The notes under the pieces were generated by a model. That model saw nothing but the letters and a program-made list of their open reading frames with translations, did not search any database and was not told the DNA's origin. Shown in pieces: positions 38,101 to 47,745 of a DNA stretch of 56,878 bases. This DNA is from a virus (lineage: Duplodnaviria > Caudoviricetes), in the IMG/VR virus record IMGVR_UViG_3300044984_001322, positions 1-56,878 of that record; one strand, 5' to 3'. Position 1 is the stretch's first letter. The number at the start of each line of letters is the position of its first letter. A program made the position numbers and the translations under genes.

Positions 38101-41100
38101 CATTATGGGGAGCCGGAGTACAATGGCGCTGCCAAAACGCGCTTCATTGAAGACTTGGTCACCGCAGTTAACAAAGGTCTGCAGTCGGTAGACAAGAAGA
38201 TCAGGGCCATCGTCAAGCGCATCTCGCTGTTGACCTTGTCTGCCGCTGTTGTCTTCAGCCCAATGTCGCTTACTGGCCCATCCATTCCGCAAGCCAGAGC
38301 GCAAGATATTGCCTACAACGAGACCCTACACCGCGCGGTTCCCGTTGCTGCCCGTGGCAAGATGTCTGTTGGGGCGCAGCGCGTTTACGAAACAATGGCT
38401 CCTGTTGCCACGCAAAACGGCAAGTCATTCTTCATTGCCGATAAGCCCAATGGCATGATCCACGCATTTGCTGCCAATGGTTCCTACATGGCGTCCGCGC
38501 CAAGCCTTTATGGTAAGGCGGCTGGCGATGTGCTGACCGAAGGCCGCAATGAAGCTAATAGTACAGAAGATGTAACCGACAGCGGAAAGGTAACCCCCGC
38601 TGGTACATTCAAGCTAGAGGCTGGCAAAAGCTCCTACACTGGAGGGTATGTTCTATACCTAGTAGACCCCAAGACAGGTGTCGGCGTTGGCGCAAACAAA
38701 GCGGGTGGCGGCGCAATCGTTGCTGTCCATTCTGTATACAACGGAACCACTAGCGAAAACCGTGAAGGCCGTCTCGACACAAATGCGGCCAATGACAATA
38801 AGATCAGCTTCGGCTGCATAAACACTGCCGAAGAGTTCTTCGTAGATAACGTGCGTCCAAACATTGAATCGTTCGATGGCGGCATGGTCTTTGTTATGCC
38901 TGACGATGTCAGCCAGACCGGCAAGTTATTTTCATCCAAGCAGCCGAAGGGTTCGCCAGCAAGCCCGTCAGCGCCAAGCCAGCCTGCCCTTCCGACTGAG
39001 GATGCTGCACGTCCAACGCGCAAAGAACCAGAGCGCCGTGTCGGTGACCAGAAGGACGGCAAGCCAGAAGAAGGAACTACGCAAGAGACCCGATATTCGG
39101 GCCGCACTAATCCAGCCGCAGAAAACGAAACTGTGGCAGACACAGCACTTTCCGACATTGATTATGACGCCGTCATCAATGAGCGGCTGGACAAGATCGC
39201 TGCGCGTGGTGGGCAGGGACGCATTGTTGCCGCTCGCCTTCGCAGCCTATTAAAGCAGAACAACTACGACGCACGTCAACTGTACTATGCTTTCCAGATG
39301 GGGGACGTGGCCTCTCGTATTCTTCCGCAAAATTCGAAGGTCGACATCCTGTTTGTCCCATCGATGAAGGCGAGCAACGCCAACGCTGCCGCAGCTAGTG
39401 GCATTGATGTTGGCTCAGAAGCGGCTGGCTCATACGATGCATACGAGATCAGCCAGAATGGTTTCCGTGGCCTCATCACGCTTTCGCTGAGTGATAACCT
39501 TTTGGGTGTAGCGCGGGAAAACGCTGCGCATGAGGCTTTCCACGTCATTCAAGACATGCTGAAGGTCTATGACCGCCCTGCATACGATGCACTGCAAAAA
39601 TCATTCCGCGACGGCATGACGATTAAAGACTTTGATCCAAGCATTCTGCGCAAGCTGAAGACCCTAACCACCAACGATGACGGAACGAGTGTATATGACT
39701 CGCTCGTCAATGACTTTGGTGACACACCGCTTTCAAGTCTGGAAGCACAGGCGATTGCCTTTGGTGCGTTCGTCGATGCCAAAGATCGTGGGCAGAGCAT
39801 GAAGGGTCTTAAAGCCAGCTTCATCCGTATCGTTGACGCTGTCAGCGGCATGGTTCGTGGCTTGGGTGCTATTCTTCGCAAGGACGGTGTAGCTACACCA
39901 GCCGCCATCTTTGAAGGTTTCCGCTCTGGTAAGTCGCAGGAAAGCCTCACTGAGGCCGCTCCTCTGGCTGGTGAAACTGGACGTACAGAAGAGCAGTACT
40001 CTGGTCGAAAGGAAAAGCCGCCGTACAGCCCACCCAAAATTGGCAAGCAAAAAATTAAGGTTCCTTTGCGTGGGACTTCAACCATTCCGTTTCTCTATGA
40101 CAACGGAGTGGATGAGGTAGAGCAAATGGGCGAAACCTCAATGGCTCTGAAAGATACCGTCAAAGCTATACAGGACCGCGCTCGCGCAAGCCTTCAAGAA
40201 CGCTTTGGAATTGACCGGATCACTGGTCCGAATGAAGAGACGGATGCTTATTTGTCGCAAGCTATTGCGTCAGAAGCTGAGGCGGCTGTCCTAAAAGAGA
40301 GAGCTACTGGAAACCGATCAGCACTCGATTGGTACACAAGCGCAATTGAAAACGCCATTAACGAAGCATCTTCTATCTACCCAATGCTTGCTGATGACGA
40401 TGCAGCAATGGCGCTTAACAACGCGCTTGGCTTTAGAAATAAGGAAGACGCTCGCGTTCTCTTCACTCTTGCGCTTTCTATTACGTCGCAGAACATGAAG
40501 GTTCGCGACAATGCTAGAGCAACTCTTGAGCAGTTCGATTACTTTTTAGAGAACGGCAAGTTTGATCCTTCGCGCTCATACGGAACAAAAGCCCCATCAA
40601 TCTCTGGAAATCTGCGCCTAGCAAACTACAAGCTGGAAAAAGTTTTTGCCGGAAACCCTGCGGACTTTGGCTCGTTTTTAAACACAGAGTTTACGGTCTC
40701 CCAACTTAACAACATTGCAAAAAACATTGGTGATCGCGAAGGCGTTGCACCATTCAAAATCAGTGGAGAGCAAGCATCTGAGACGGTGTACGGTTCAGCA
40801 ATCTTTGGACCAAAGATCGGGAATGGTTTCTACCAAAACCTAAACCGGAACTTCTCACCGGTAACAATCGACCTTTGGTTCATGCGCTTGTGGGGACGGT
40901 TAACTGGAACGCTTGTTGGCAAAGATGCCGCCATTGCAAAGCAAGCGCAGGGTCTTCGTGACGCCATAGCGGAAGATAACCATCCTACCGCAAAGGTTCC
41001 GGACGGTTATGCTGAAATCATAAACGATGTTACTGATGATGAAATGATTGGCGTAGCCGTTCAGATGGCGGCTGATTGGGAGCGTTCTTATAAGGCGCTG

Positions 41101-44100
41101 CAGAAACAAGGACTGACATCAAAGCAAATTACTAGTCAAAACCTAAAGCCCGAATGGGCCTTTAAGGCAGTCGCTCTTGCGGGTCAGCTAAAGCCTAACG
41201 ATGCACCAACAAGCGGTGGGCAGCGTATATGGATACGTAACGTTGTTAAAAACGCCGTAGGAATACTGGCAAAGAATGGTTATAAAGTTACACCGGCAGA
41301 TTTGCAGGCTCTTGTTTGGTATCCTGAAAAAGACCTTGTCAATCTAGCTAAGGAAGGGAAGCTTGAAGCTAGCCTCAATGTCTCCTATGATACCGCTTTC
41401 AGAGAACTATCTACTCAGAGGAATGAAAATGCCGAGACAACCAACACCAATGCAGGAGACGGAGCTAGCAACCGCTCTGCACGATCTGGAAATGTCGAAG
41501 CTGGGAGTTCCAGAAACGATGAGCAAGCAAACGGCTCTCGTGGTGAGGGAGCTTCTGAAGAAGCAGGGGATAAAGTTCGTCGGACGCTCTCTAGAGAAAC
41601 CCGCCAAAAGCTAATTGACCGTGGGACAATGTACTCCGGACGTGGGGCTGCGGCTGCACGGCGGGCTGAAGAGCAGAACGTTCTGTTTGGAAACCGTATA
41701 GGCGATAACATAAGTGCCACGCCTACGCAGGATTTAGAGCCAGCAGATCGCGCTGTGTACACGCCGGAGCGTACTGAACAAATCATACGCGACATGGCTT
41801 ATTCAATGGACGATAAGAAGTCTAAGGGCTGGATGACGTTTATGTCTCCGGATGAATTTCTTGGGCTTACCCTATCCAAAGCTGGTCGCGACATTCTTGC
41901 GACTATGGACCCAACCAAGACCCGCGCACGCAAGCTTAACATCGAAGATTTGCGGAACGTCAGCCAGCCGCTCTTTCTTTCAATTAAGGAAGCCGCGCCC
42001 ATCAGCAACGTTCAGCGCCAGTTGGGCGTTACGGAACTACCTTGGCAAGTTTTTGGACATGAAGGCCGTCACCGTATGGCTGCATTCAAAGATGCTGGGA
42101 TTACACAAATCCCTGTTGTTCTGATGCGTCAGGACGGAGCAACCCAACTTGAGGAAATAGCAGACATTCCGCTCGCTCCTCAGCGGGGCGGACGCAGCGA
42201 CCAATATAACAGCGGCGACACTAGTATCTATGTAGGTGGGGCTACCCCCATCAGCTATGAGAACGCTGGCCGCATCAGGGAAATGATGGAGGGCGAAGGT
42301 ATTCGCTTCTCTGGTCGGCGCGGTTCGCGGACTTCGGGGCCAGCGTCTCTGCGTCCTGCTCCATCGTTTACGGCAGACAATTATAACTTTGGTGGCTCAG
42401 AACCAACCCGCACTGATGACGTGATCTTCAAGCTGCAGGACAAGTTGATCGACCTTAAGCGCGTGCAGGAAAGCATCACTGCCTCTGGCCGTCAGATCGA
42501 TGACAAGGCCAATGTGTACCGTAACGAAGAGCTATACTATGGCCGCGCTGCAAAGCGGTCAAAGCAGTTCCTAAAGAAAGAACTGGCTCCTCTAATTGAG
42601 GACATGAAGTCTAAGGGCGTCAGCCTCAAGATGATCGATGAGTTTTTGCATGCGCGTCACGCGAAGGAGCGGAATGCTCAGATTGCCAAGATCAACGACC
42701 AAATGCCAGATGGCGGCTCCGGCCTGACCAATGCGCAAGTGGACTCGTATCTCAACGGCCTGCCTAATGCTCGTCGCCGTCAACTTGAGAACCTTGCCAA
42801 TCGCGTAGACGCTATCATCGCCAACACGCAGAAGCTGATGGTTGAGTATGGTCTGGAGACGCAAGAGACCATCGACACTTGGAACAAGACATACCAGAAC
42901 TATGTACCACTGCAGCGCGAAGGCTTTGACGAAGCTGATGGCGCTGAAGGCAGCGGCAATGGCATGTCTGTTCGTGGTAGCTCGTCGCGCCGCGCACTTG
43001 GTTCAAGCCTTAGCGTAGTAGACATCCTTGCCAACGTTGCCATGCAGCGTGAAAGGGTCATCAGCCGTGGCGAGCGCAACCGTATTGGCAACTCGCTGGT
43101 AGCGATGGCGCTTCAGAACCCGAACGACTCCTTCTGGTACGTTATTGATCCAAAGAGTGCCGACGCAGCCGCTGCAAAGCAGAAGTTGATCGACTTTGGT
43201 ATGACGCCGCCAGATGCAGAGAACGTCATGGGATCGCCGACACAGCGGTTCATTGATCCGAACAGTGGTCGCGTAACCTACGCACCAAACTCACTATTCA
43301 TGAACGCACCAAACGTGATGGCAACGCGCATCAATGGCGAAGACAAGTTCGTCATCTTCAATACGCGCAACCCACGCTCTAAGCGTTTGGTTGAGTCGTT
43401 GAAGGCTGTAGGCGCAGCGCAGCTTGGCCCGATAATGAACGGTTTTGGGAAGGTTACTCGTTACCTTGCCTCCATTAACACGCAGTACAACCCCGCCTTC
43501 GGCCTTTACAACTTAATGCGTGACTTGCAGGGTGCTGCACTTAACCTATCCACCACCCCTCTTGCCGGTAAGCAAAAGAGCGTTATTGCAAACGCGCTGC
43601 CTGCAACGATTGGCATGTACCGTGACCTTCGCGCAGAGCGGGGCGGGAAGACTGCTTCTACAAATTGGGCTGCTTTGGCAGAAGAGTTTGAGAATGAAGG
43701 CGGTAAGACCGGATACCGTGATCTATTTACGTCATCGACAGAACGCGCTGATGCAATCGAGAACGAACTGACCGGCGGCAGCAAGCTACGTCAGGTTGCG
43801 ACCAAGACAGGTGGTCCTGTATTAAACTGGCTGTCCGACTTTAACGAGTCCATCGAAAATGGTGTGCGTCTGTCTGCCTATAAAGAAGGTCTCGACATGG
43901 GGCTTTCAAAGGCAGAGGCCGCAAGCGTAGCCAAGAACCTGACCGTCAACTTCAATCGTAAGGGTGCAGTGACGGCGCAGGCTGGGGCGCTCTACGCCTT
44001 CTTCAATGCCGCTGTCCAAGGTACTGCGCGACTTGGTGAGACACTCGCCGGACCAGCCGGTAAGAAGATCGTTATGGGTGGTCTCTTGTTGGGCGTGGCA

Positions 44101-45033
44101 CAAGCCATTGCGCTATCAGCGGCTGGACTTGAAGACGAACCAGAGTGGCTGAAGGACAAGAACTTAATCATCCCGCTTGGCGGCGGTAAGTATGTTGCCT
44201 TCCCAATGCCGCTTGGCTTCCATGCTATCCCATCTATGAGCCGTAGGGCTGTTGAGTTTATGATGAGCGACAAGAGTGTTGGGGTACAAACTGTCGGATT
44301 GCTTGGCATGCTTGCAGACGCCTTCAACCCCATTGGGAATGCTGGCCTATCCGCTCAGACAATAGCCCCAACCTTTGGCGATCCGCTTGTTGCGCTTGGT
44401 GAGAATAGGGACTTTGCTGGCCGCGAAATTTACAGAGAAGACTTCAACAAGCTTGATCCGACATCAGGGCCAAGCCGAAACCGTGAGGGCGTCAGTGCTG
44501 TGGGCGCAGCCATATCCACGGCCATCGACTACATGACCGGAGGAAACGGCTACACCGCTGGTGCAGTCAGTTGGACGGGTGACACATTCGACTACATCAT
44601 CGGTCAGGCAACGGGCGGCGTTGGGCGTCTGGCGCTGAACACCATATCGACAGCAGAGGCAGCGGTAACAGGTGAAGACCTCCCCAACTACAAGATACCT
44701 ATCGTGGGCCGGATGATCGGTGACGCCAATGAGGCAGCGGCTGTATCCAAACGCTTCTACGCAGGTATTACGGAAATGAACGGCCACAAGCGCACAGTTG
44801 AGGGTATGGAGGATAATGGCAAGGACACGACCTCTTACTTCGAGCAGTATCCGGAGGCTGATTTCTACCAAGACGCGCAGAAGTACGAGAGCGACCTCAG
44901 CAAGTTGAACAAGGAGCGCCGCCTACTCAAAGAAGAGGGCGCTCCAAAGTCAGAGATCGATGCCATCACCGAAGAGCGGCAGATGCTGATGAATGAGTTT
45001 AACCAGATCGTGGCAGACTATAAGAGGAAATAA
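35158..45033 (+). CDS. Giant polyvalent virion/ejection protein (3291 aa) with L,D-transpeptidase-like, zincin, glycosylase-like, ParB-like and LPD38-like regions
   Basis: KVTPAG/VAVH/SFGCIN; HEAFH; WY..AI/SITSQ/GPKIG/VTIDLW; GHEGRHR; VNFNRKG..YAFFNA.VQG. Confidence 0.85.
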   Translation: MPEYKFSSFVNWDGTQNESQNKTSTTQKAAQQSRQPVDENMGGSAIETLRAKAKKADQNVANIQRSRKNSRIFDAVESFGDYLPFFESTTERVKADRAEIETDIQDIIRSREEIKRSGGYGKGGYGAAVERGLGNLQSMKGGLEAGLGIADEGSIGDILQGRARAQGAGARNQAEQEAYEKFQAADGIIGSAKEIFTNFRLLTNVAVESLPSSAPSMVAGAVAGVGGFAVGGPKGAQTGASIGTGLGSFVTEYGNTMLETFAENGVDLDDPNSIKAALADKELMSDARWRGTRRGIAVGAFDAMSVALAGKMGGAPVARTIIGDTAKAGLARKATGLLAAGAVETVGQGTLGAAGEAAGQLAADGRITSPQDIVAEFAGEIPSGVVESIGGTAVRLGADSASSTAEDDELASALRARAAANPVTQAAGQIEGPNVGEMRDLGSVRVAGMTMTPTQVLEFAQNNQSQPRIADILSQPVSDVTKVEQVARILNEQEAARVEPEAVRRISSLVGGTNPTSQSRQFITDELTKIGDEVVAASPTLSAIRDTIASERGGKQFVGTLRGIVENYSPPAQQGETFFARPERGGEGSVVMTPDQIADEAKRERDAQEAFRLAGVRQQRFDEATGTGAQREDLRAGAPDPQAQFFLNPEVYGEALGGIAATIVGAENGMVRIQYESPTETGRDGLPVTISEEVEPTAMFDRVVRGTARMSQELAGDVRTPRRGTGTNLNPRNSVDRTSTRALVPTQDAGLPATISPTRLTGFEANTDQLPVETQNAQADQQTQPNVEGILEAPPVTPQATQAALPAPAPQLALPAPTPTPAPVPAAKRETPPAPKAAEPAATEEDTVVEDEEVDVDNDPRMVEHNQRFDDAVESIQDTENATEVRKLAKKLIREGVVDEDAYADIDERMKDVPLTERWDEGMSALEDAIEEQRDNLASDIEEEIYSEADEKASAKEAESTDAKQDVHNELTDAEKDVLADHYGEPEYNGAAKTRFIEDLVTAVNKGLQSVDKKIRAIVKRISLLTLSAAVVFSPMSLTGPSIPQARAQDIAYNETLHRAVPVAARGKMSVGAQRVYETMAPVATQNGKSFFIADKPNGMIHAFAANGSYMASAPSLYGKAAGDVLTEGRNEANSTEDVTDSGKVTPAGTFKLEAGKSSYTGGYVLYLVDPKTGVGVGANKAGGGAIVAVHSVYNGTTSENREGRLDTNAANDNKISFGCINTAEEFFVDNVRPNIESFDGGMVFVMPDDVSQTGKLFSSKQPKGSPASPSAPSQPALPTEDAARPTRKEPERRVGDQKDGKPEEGTTQETRYSGRTNPAAENETVADTALSDIDYDAVINERLDKIAARGGQGRIVAARLRSLLKQNNYDARQLYYAFQMGDVASRILPQNSKVDILFVPSMKASNANAAAASGIDVGSEAAGSYDAYEISQNGFRGLITLSLSDNLLGVARENAAHEAFHVIQDMLKVYDRPAYDALQKSFRDGMTIKDFDPSILRKLKTLTTNDDGTSVYDSLVNDFGDTPLSSLEAQAIAFGAFVDAKDRGQSMKGLKASFIRIVDAVSGMVRGLGAILRKDGVATPAAIFEGFRSGKSQESLTEAAPLAGETGRTEEQYSGRKEKPPYSPPKIGKQKIKVPLRGTSTIPFLYDNGVDEVEQMGETSMALKDTVKAIQDRARASLQERFGIDRITGPNEETDAYLSQAIASEAEAAVLKERATGNRSALDWYTSAIENAINEASSIYPMLADDDAAMALNNALGFRNKEDARVLFTLALSITSQNMKVRDNARATLEQFDYFLENGKFDPSRSYGTKAPSISGNLRLANYKLEKVFAGNPADFGSFLNTEFTVSQLNNIAKNIGDREGVAPFKISGEQASETVYGSAIFGPKIGNGFYQNLNRNFSPVTIDLWFMRLWGRLTGTLVGKDAAIAKQAQGLRDAIAEDNHPTAKVPDGYAEIINDVTDDEMIGVAVQMAADWERSYKALQKQGLTSKQITSQNLKPEWAFKAVALAGQLKPNDAPTSGGQRIWIRNVVKNAVGILAKNGYKVTPADLQALVWYPEKDLVNLAKEGKLEASLNVSYDTAFRELSTQRNENAETTNTNAGDGASNRSARSGNVEAGSSRNDEQANGSRGEGASEEAGDKVRRTLSRETRQKLIDRGTMYSGRGAAAARRAEEQNVLFGNRIGDNISATPTQDLEPADRAVYTPERTEQIIRDMAYSMDDKKSKGWMTFMSPDEFLGLTLSKAGRDILATMDPTKTRARKLNIEDLRNVSQPLFLSIKEAAPISNVQRQLGVTELPWQVFGHEGRHRMAAFKDAGITQIPVVLMRQDGATQLEEIADIPLAPQRGGRSDQYNSGDTSIYVGGATPISYENAGRIREMMEGEGIRFSGRRGSRTSGPASLRPAPSFTADNYNFGGSEPTRTDDVIFKLQDKLIDLKRVQESITASGRQIDDKANVYRNEELYYGRAAKRSKQFLKKELAPLIEDMKSKGVSLKMIDEFLHARHAKERNAQIAKINDQMPDGGSGLTNAQVDSYLNGLPNARRRQLENLANRVDAIIANTQKLMVEYGLETQETIDTWNKTYQNYVPLQREGFDEADGAEGSGNGMSVRGSSSRRALGSSLSVVDILANVAMQRERVISRGERNRIGNSLVAMALQNPNDSFWYVIDPKSADAAAAKQKLIDFGMTPPDAENVMGSPTQRFIDPNSGRVTYAPNSLFMNAPNVMATRINGEDKFVIFNTRNPRSKRLVESLKAVGAAQLGPIMNGFGKVTRYLASINTQYNPAFGLYNLMRDLQGAALNLSTTPLAGKQKSVIANALPATIGMYRDLRAERGGKTASTNWAALAEEFENEGGKTGYRDLFTSSTERADAIENELTGGSKLRQVATKTGGPVLNWLSDFNESIENGVRLSAYKEGLDMGLSKAEAASVAKNLTVNFNRKGAVTAQAGALYAFFNAAVQGTARLGETLAGPAGKKIVMGGLLLGVAQAIALSAAGLEDEPEWLKDKNLIIPLGGGKYVAFPMPLGFHAIPSMSRRAVEFMMSDKSVGVQTVGLLGMLADAFNPIGNAGLSAQTIAPTFGDPLVALGENRDFAGREIYREDFNKLDPTSGPSRNREGVSAVGAAISTAIDYMTGGNGYTAGAVSWTGDTFDYIIGQATGGVGRLALNTISTAEAAVTGEDLPNYKIPIVGRMIGDANEAAAVSKRFYAGITEMNGHKRTVEGMEDNGKDTTSYFEQYPEADFYQDAQKYESDLSKLNKERRLLKEEGAPKSEIDAITEERQMLMNEFNQIVADYKRK

Positions 45034-45065
45034 AGAAGCCCCCAACCGTAAGGCTGAGGGCTTCT
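45034..45065. terminator. Terminator hairpin between convergent operons
   Basis: AGAAGCCC...GGGCTTCT stem; T-tract on the minus strand. Confidence 0.6.
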
Positions 45066-45094
45066 AAGATACACGGACTTCCAAAGTGTATCTC

Positions 45095-45952
45095 TTATAG
45101 CGTACCTATATTGTCGGCGACACCGCGCAGATGTTCTGTCGAGAGGTGGGCGTAGCGTTGAACCATCCGGTCATCAGACCAGCCGCCCATTTCTCGTACT
45201 GCGGCTGTGTGTGTACCCTTCTGGATATGCCATGATGCCCACGTATGGCGAAGGTCATGCCAGCGGAAGTTATCGATACCGGCTCTCTTCAGCGCCTCTC
45301 TAAATGCACTCGTCCCGCTGCGGTGTACTGGCTTGCCGCCATATACAAAGACCCACTTCTCGTTGCGGTTCTTGGCGATAGACTTTTTGCTCAGTACTTC
45401 CCAAGCTGTGTCGTTCAGTGGGATCGACAGTGGCAGTCCTGTCTTTGCGCCGCTCTTGTGTTTTGTCGGCGGTATCGTGACCATCCGGTTGATAAGGTCG
45501 ACCTCATCCCACTCCAGTTCGCGCACGTTTGCATCGCGCAGTCCTGTCGAGAGAGCAAAGATCACTTTGTCCTTAAGGTGTGGAGGCAGTTCCGCCAGAA
45601 GGCGCTGTGCTTCTTCCTTCTCAATATAGCGAACGCGCTTGGGTTCCTCCATCCGCTTGATCTTGGGGAAGGTATCGATCCACCCCCATTCATCCCGCGC
45701 CACATTGAGGACGGCACGAAAGACTGTCAGGTATCGATTGACGGTAGATACACCCCTGTCTCTCATCAGCTCTTCGCGCATGTCAGACACCACACCTCTG
45801 GTGATGGCGGTCAGTTGCGTGTCTCCAAGTGTTTTTCCGCCAGCATCTAGGGCGGTCAGAACATCCACATAGTGGCGTTCCTGCTTCACCCATTTGCGGT
45901 GATCTCTACCAGCAAGCCATTTCTGCGACGCATCAGTCCAAGTCTTTTCCAT
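45095..45952 (-). CDS. Second tyrosine recombinase lacking an N-terminal arm-binding domain
   Basis: STGLRDANV, WHDLRHTWASW, GGWS...RYAH; GGAGG RBS before ATG 45952. Confidence 0.92.
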   Translation of the reverse strand: MEKTWTDASQKWLAGRDHRKWVKQERHYVDVLTALDAGGKTLGDTQLTAITRGVVSDMREELMRDRGVSTVNRYLTVFRAVLNVARDEWGWIDTFPKIKRMEEPKRVRYIEKEEAQRLLAELPPHLKDKVIFALSTGLRDANVRELEWDEVDLINRMVTIPPTKHKSGAKTGLPLSIPLNDTAWEVLSKKSIAKNRNEKWVFVYGGKPVHRSGTSAFREALKRAGIDNFRWHDLRHTWASWHIQKGTHTAAVREMGGWSDDRMVQRYAHLSTEHLRGVADNIGTL

Positions 45953-45965
45953 AAAGCCTCCATTC

Positions 45966-46298
45966 TTAAGCTGTCTTTTTGATGGCGTTATCCCTAACCA
46001 GCTTGTAGTTTCGGGGAGCAGCAAAGCCTAAACGCGCAGACATAGCACTCTCTCCAGCACTCTGCTTCAGCACATCAACGAGAACAATCTGCAGGACATT
46101 GTCGAGTACATAGTCATCGTTAAGCGAAAGGCGCAGAATCTGTGTAGACCCATCTTTGCGCGTGATCGTCATGCTCACATGCATGCCGTCAGTAATCTCG
46201 TCGACGCGGATCGCGTGATCAAACGTCTGCTCAAAGTCTTCGGTAAGAGACGTGCCTCCGTAGATAGCTGTCCCTTCCTTTCGAACCATTAGCAACAT
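45966..46298 (-). CDS. Hypothetical protein
   Basis: 110-aa ORF in operon. Confidence 0.65.
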   Translation of the reverse strand: MLLMVRKEGTAIYGGTSLTEDFEQTFDHAIRVDEITDGMHVSMTITRKDGSTQILRLSLNDDYVLDNVLQIVLVDVLKQSAGESAMSARLGFAAPRNYKLVRDNAIKKTA

Positions 46299-46346
46299 GC
46301 TCTAGCCTATAAATAAGGGGGTGCCCCACCACCCCCATTGGTTAAA

Positions 46347-46634
46347 TTAGAATGGGCAATCGTCATCCAGATCAGCATGTACAGAATTCTGTACGGGTGC
46401 GGCGCTTGCCTTCTTTTTCCAAGCGCGGCCAGAGAAGAACTTTCCCTTCGCGCCGTCAATTACCTTCGCTTCGATTCCAAGCGTCTCGCCGGTATCCAGA
46501 AGGAAGCTTCCTGAGTAGACAGGGACACTTGCTTCATCCCAACCCTTCTCACGGTAAAAATTCTTACGCTCTTCAATTCGCTCATCGCTGTCGCGAAAGA
46601 GTGAAAACGTATTCGGCTTTGGTTCGTATGCCAT
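46347..46634 (-). CDS. Putative ssDNA-binding protein
   Basis: Acidic SSB-type tail DLDDDCPF; in recombination module. Confidence 0.6.
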   Translation of the reverse strand: MAYEPKPNTFSLFRDSDERIEERKNFYREKGWDEASVPVYSGSFLLDTGETLGIEAKVIDGAKGKFFSGRAWKKKASAAPVQNSVHADLDDDCPF

Positions 46635-46649
46635 CACTTAGGCCTTTCT

Positions 46650-46832
46650 TCATTGTAAATCTACCCGCCGCAGACGATCTAAGTGTGCAAGGTAGAGGGT
46701 TATAGCCTGCCGGATTACTCCAGCAATAGGCCGGTCTTCTGAGATTGACCTCTCGCAAAGAGCGCGGTAGGTCGCATCATCAATCGTGGTTTGGACCAGA
46801 CGGTTCTGGCCCTCTTTTCTAACTCTTGGCAT
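46650..46832 (-). CDS. Ribbon-helix-helix regulator
   Basis: VQTTIDD..Y..L...DRPIAGVIRQAI pattern. Confidence 0.65.
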   Translation of the reverse strand: MPRVRKEGQNRLVQTTIDDATYRALCERSISEDRPIAGVIRQAITLYLAHLDRLRRVDLQ

Positions 46833-47745
46833 CTTTCTTCCTTACGGGTGTTACGTTATAACTAACGATGGGTTCTTTGCGGAATTGCTCTAGCGACTTG
46901 CCGCTACCTTCCAGTAGCGCCTCAACGCCAACGGCCATATATACAGCAGTGTGATCAACCGCACCCTTTTTCTCAACCCGTAAAAATTTGATCTTTCCTG
47001 TACGGAATGACCCAAATTCTTCCCCCAACTCCTTCTTCAAATTATCGAACTCATTTTTTAGAGGAACAACACTCTTCTCTGCTTCTTTGATCTGTAGATA
47101 TAGATCAGACATCCGATCCGAACGGGCGTCCTTAATCAGGGAAAGTTCGTTTTGAAGGAAAGGCTTTGCCCTTTCCTCATCAGCAATGATCTCAAGATAC
47201 TCTTTGTGGAAGGATTCAAACTTAGGAAGGTTCTTTTCAAACCAACCGTCCTCACGTTCCAGCCGTTCCAGAAGGTAGACTTCTTCGCTAATGTAGCAGA
47301 CGAAATCCATCCATTGCAGGTCACACACCGCCATCACATGCTGGCACTGCGCGTAGTAAGATGGCTTCTCATGAACGGAGTATGGAGCCTTAGCCCAATA
47401 CGGACACTTGATCTCAAGACCGCCATCGATCCCAATCAAGCCATCCGGACTAGCACCTAGCCACGGGTAGTCATCGTGCATGATGATGCCGGTCTCAAAG
47501 ACTTTGTTGCCCGTTATCTTCTCATAGAAGGCACAAGCAACTGGTTCCATGCGTTCACCGTGATTGGTGGCGGCGTTGCCGTTGAATTCTTTTTCCGCGC
47601 CAAATGTTTCGCGAACCATGTCCCGCATAACTTCGTTGGCAGTCTGGTAGGGATTGACACCAATGATCGATCCTACACGGCTTCCGGTTACTACACCGAT
47701 ACGAGCCTTAAACCATGCCTCTGATTTTTGCGGGGCGGCGTTCAC
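46819..47745 (-). CDS. YqaJ/lambda-exonuclease family recombination nuclease
   Basis: WFKAR..VTGS, LGASPDG, LEIKCP, YYAQCQ. Confidence 0.92.
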   Translation of the reverse strand: MNAAPQKSEAWFKARIGVVTGSRVGSIIGVNPYQTANEVMRDMVRETFGAEKEFNGNAATNHGERMEPVACAFYEKITGNKVFETGIIMHDDYPWLGASPDGLIGIDGGLEIKCPYWAKAPYSVHEKPSYYAQCQHVMAVCDLQWMDFVCYISEEVYLLERLEREDGWFEKNLPKFESFHKEYLEIIADEERAKPFLQNELSLIKDARSDRMSDLYLQIKEAEKSVVPLKNEFDNLKKELGEEFGSFRTGKIKFLRVEKKGAVDHTAVYMAVGVEALLEGSGKSLEQFRKEPIVSYNVTPVRKKDAKS

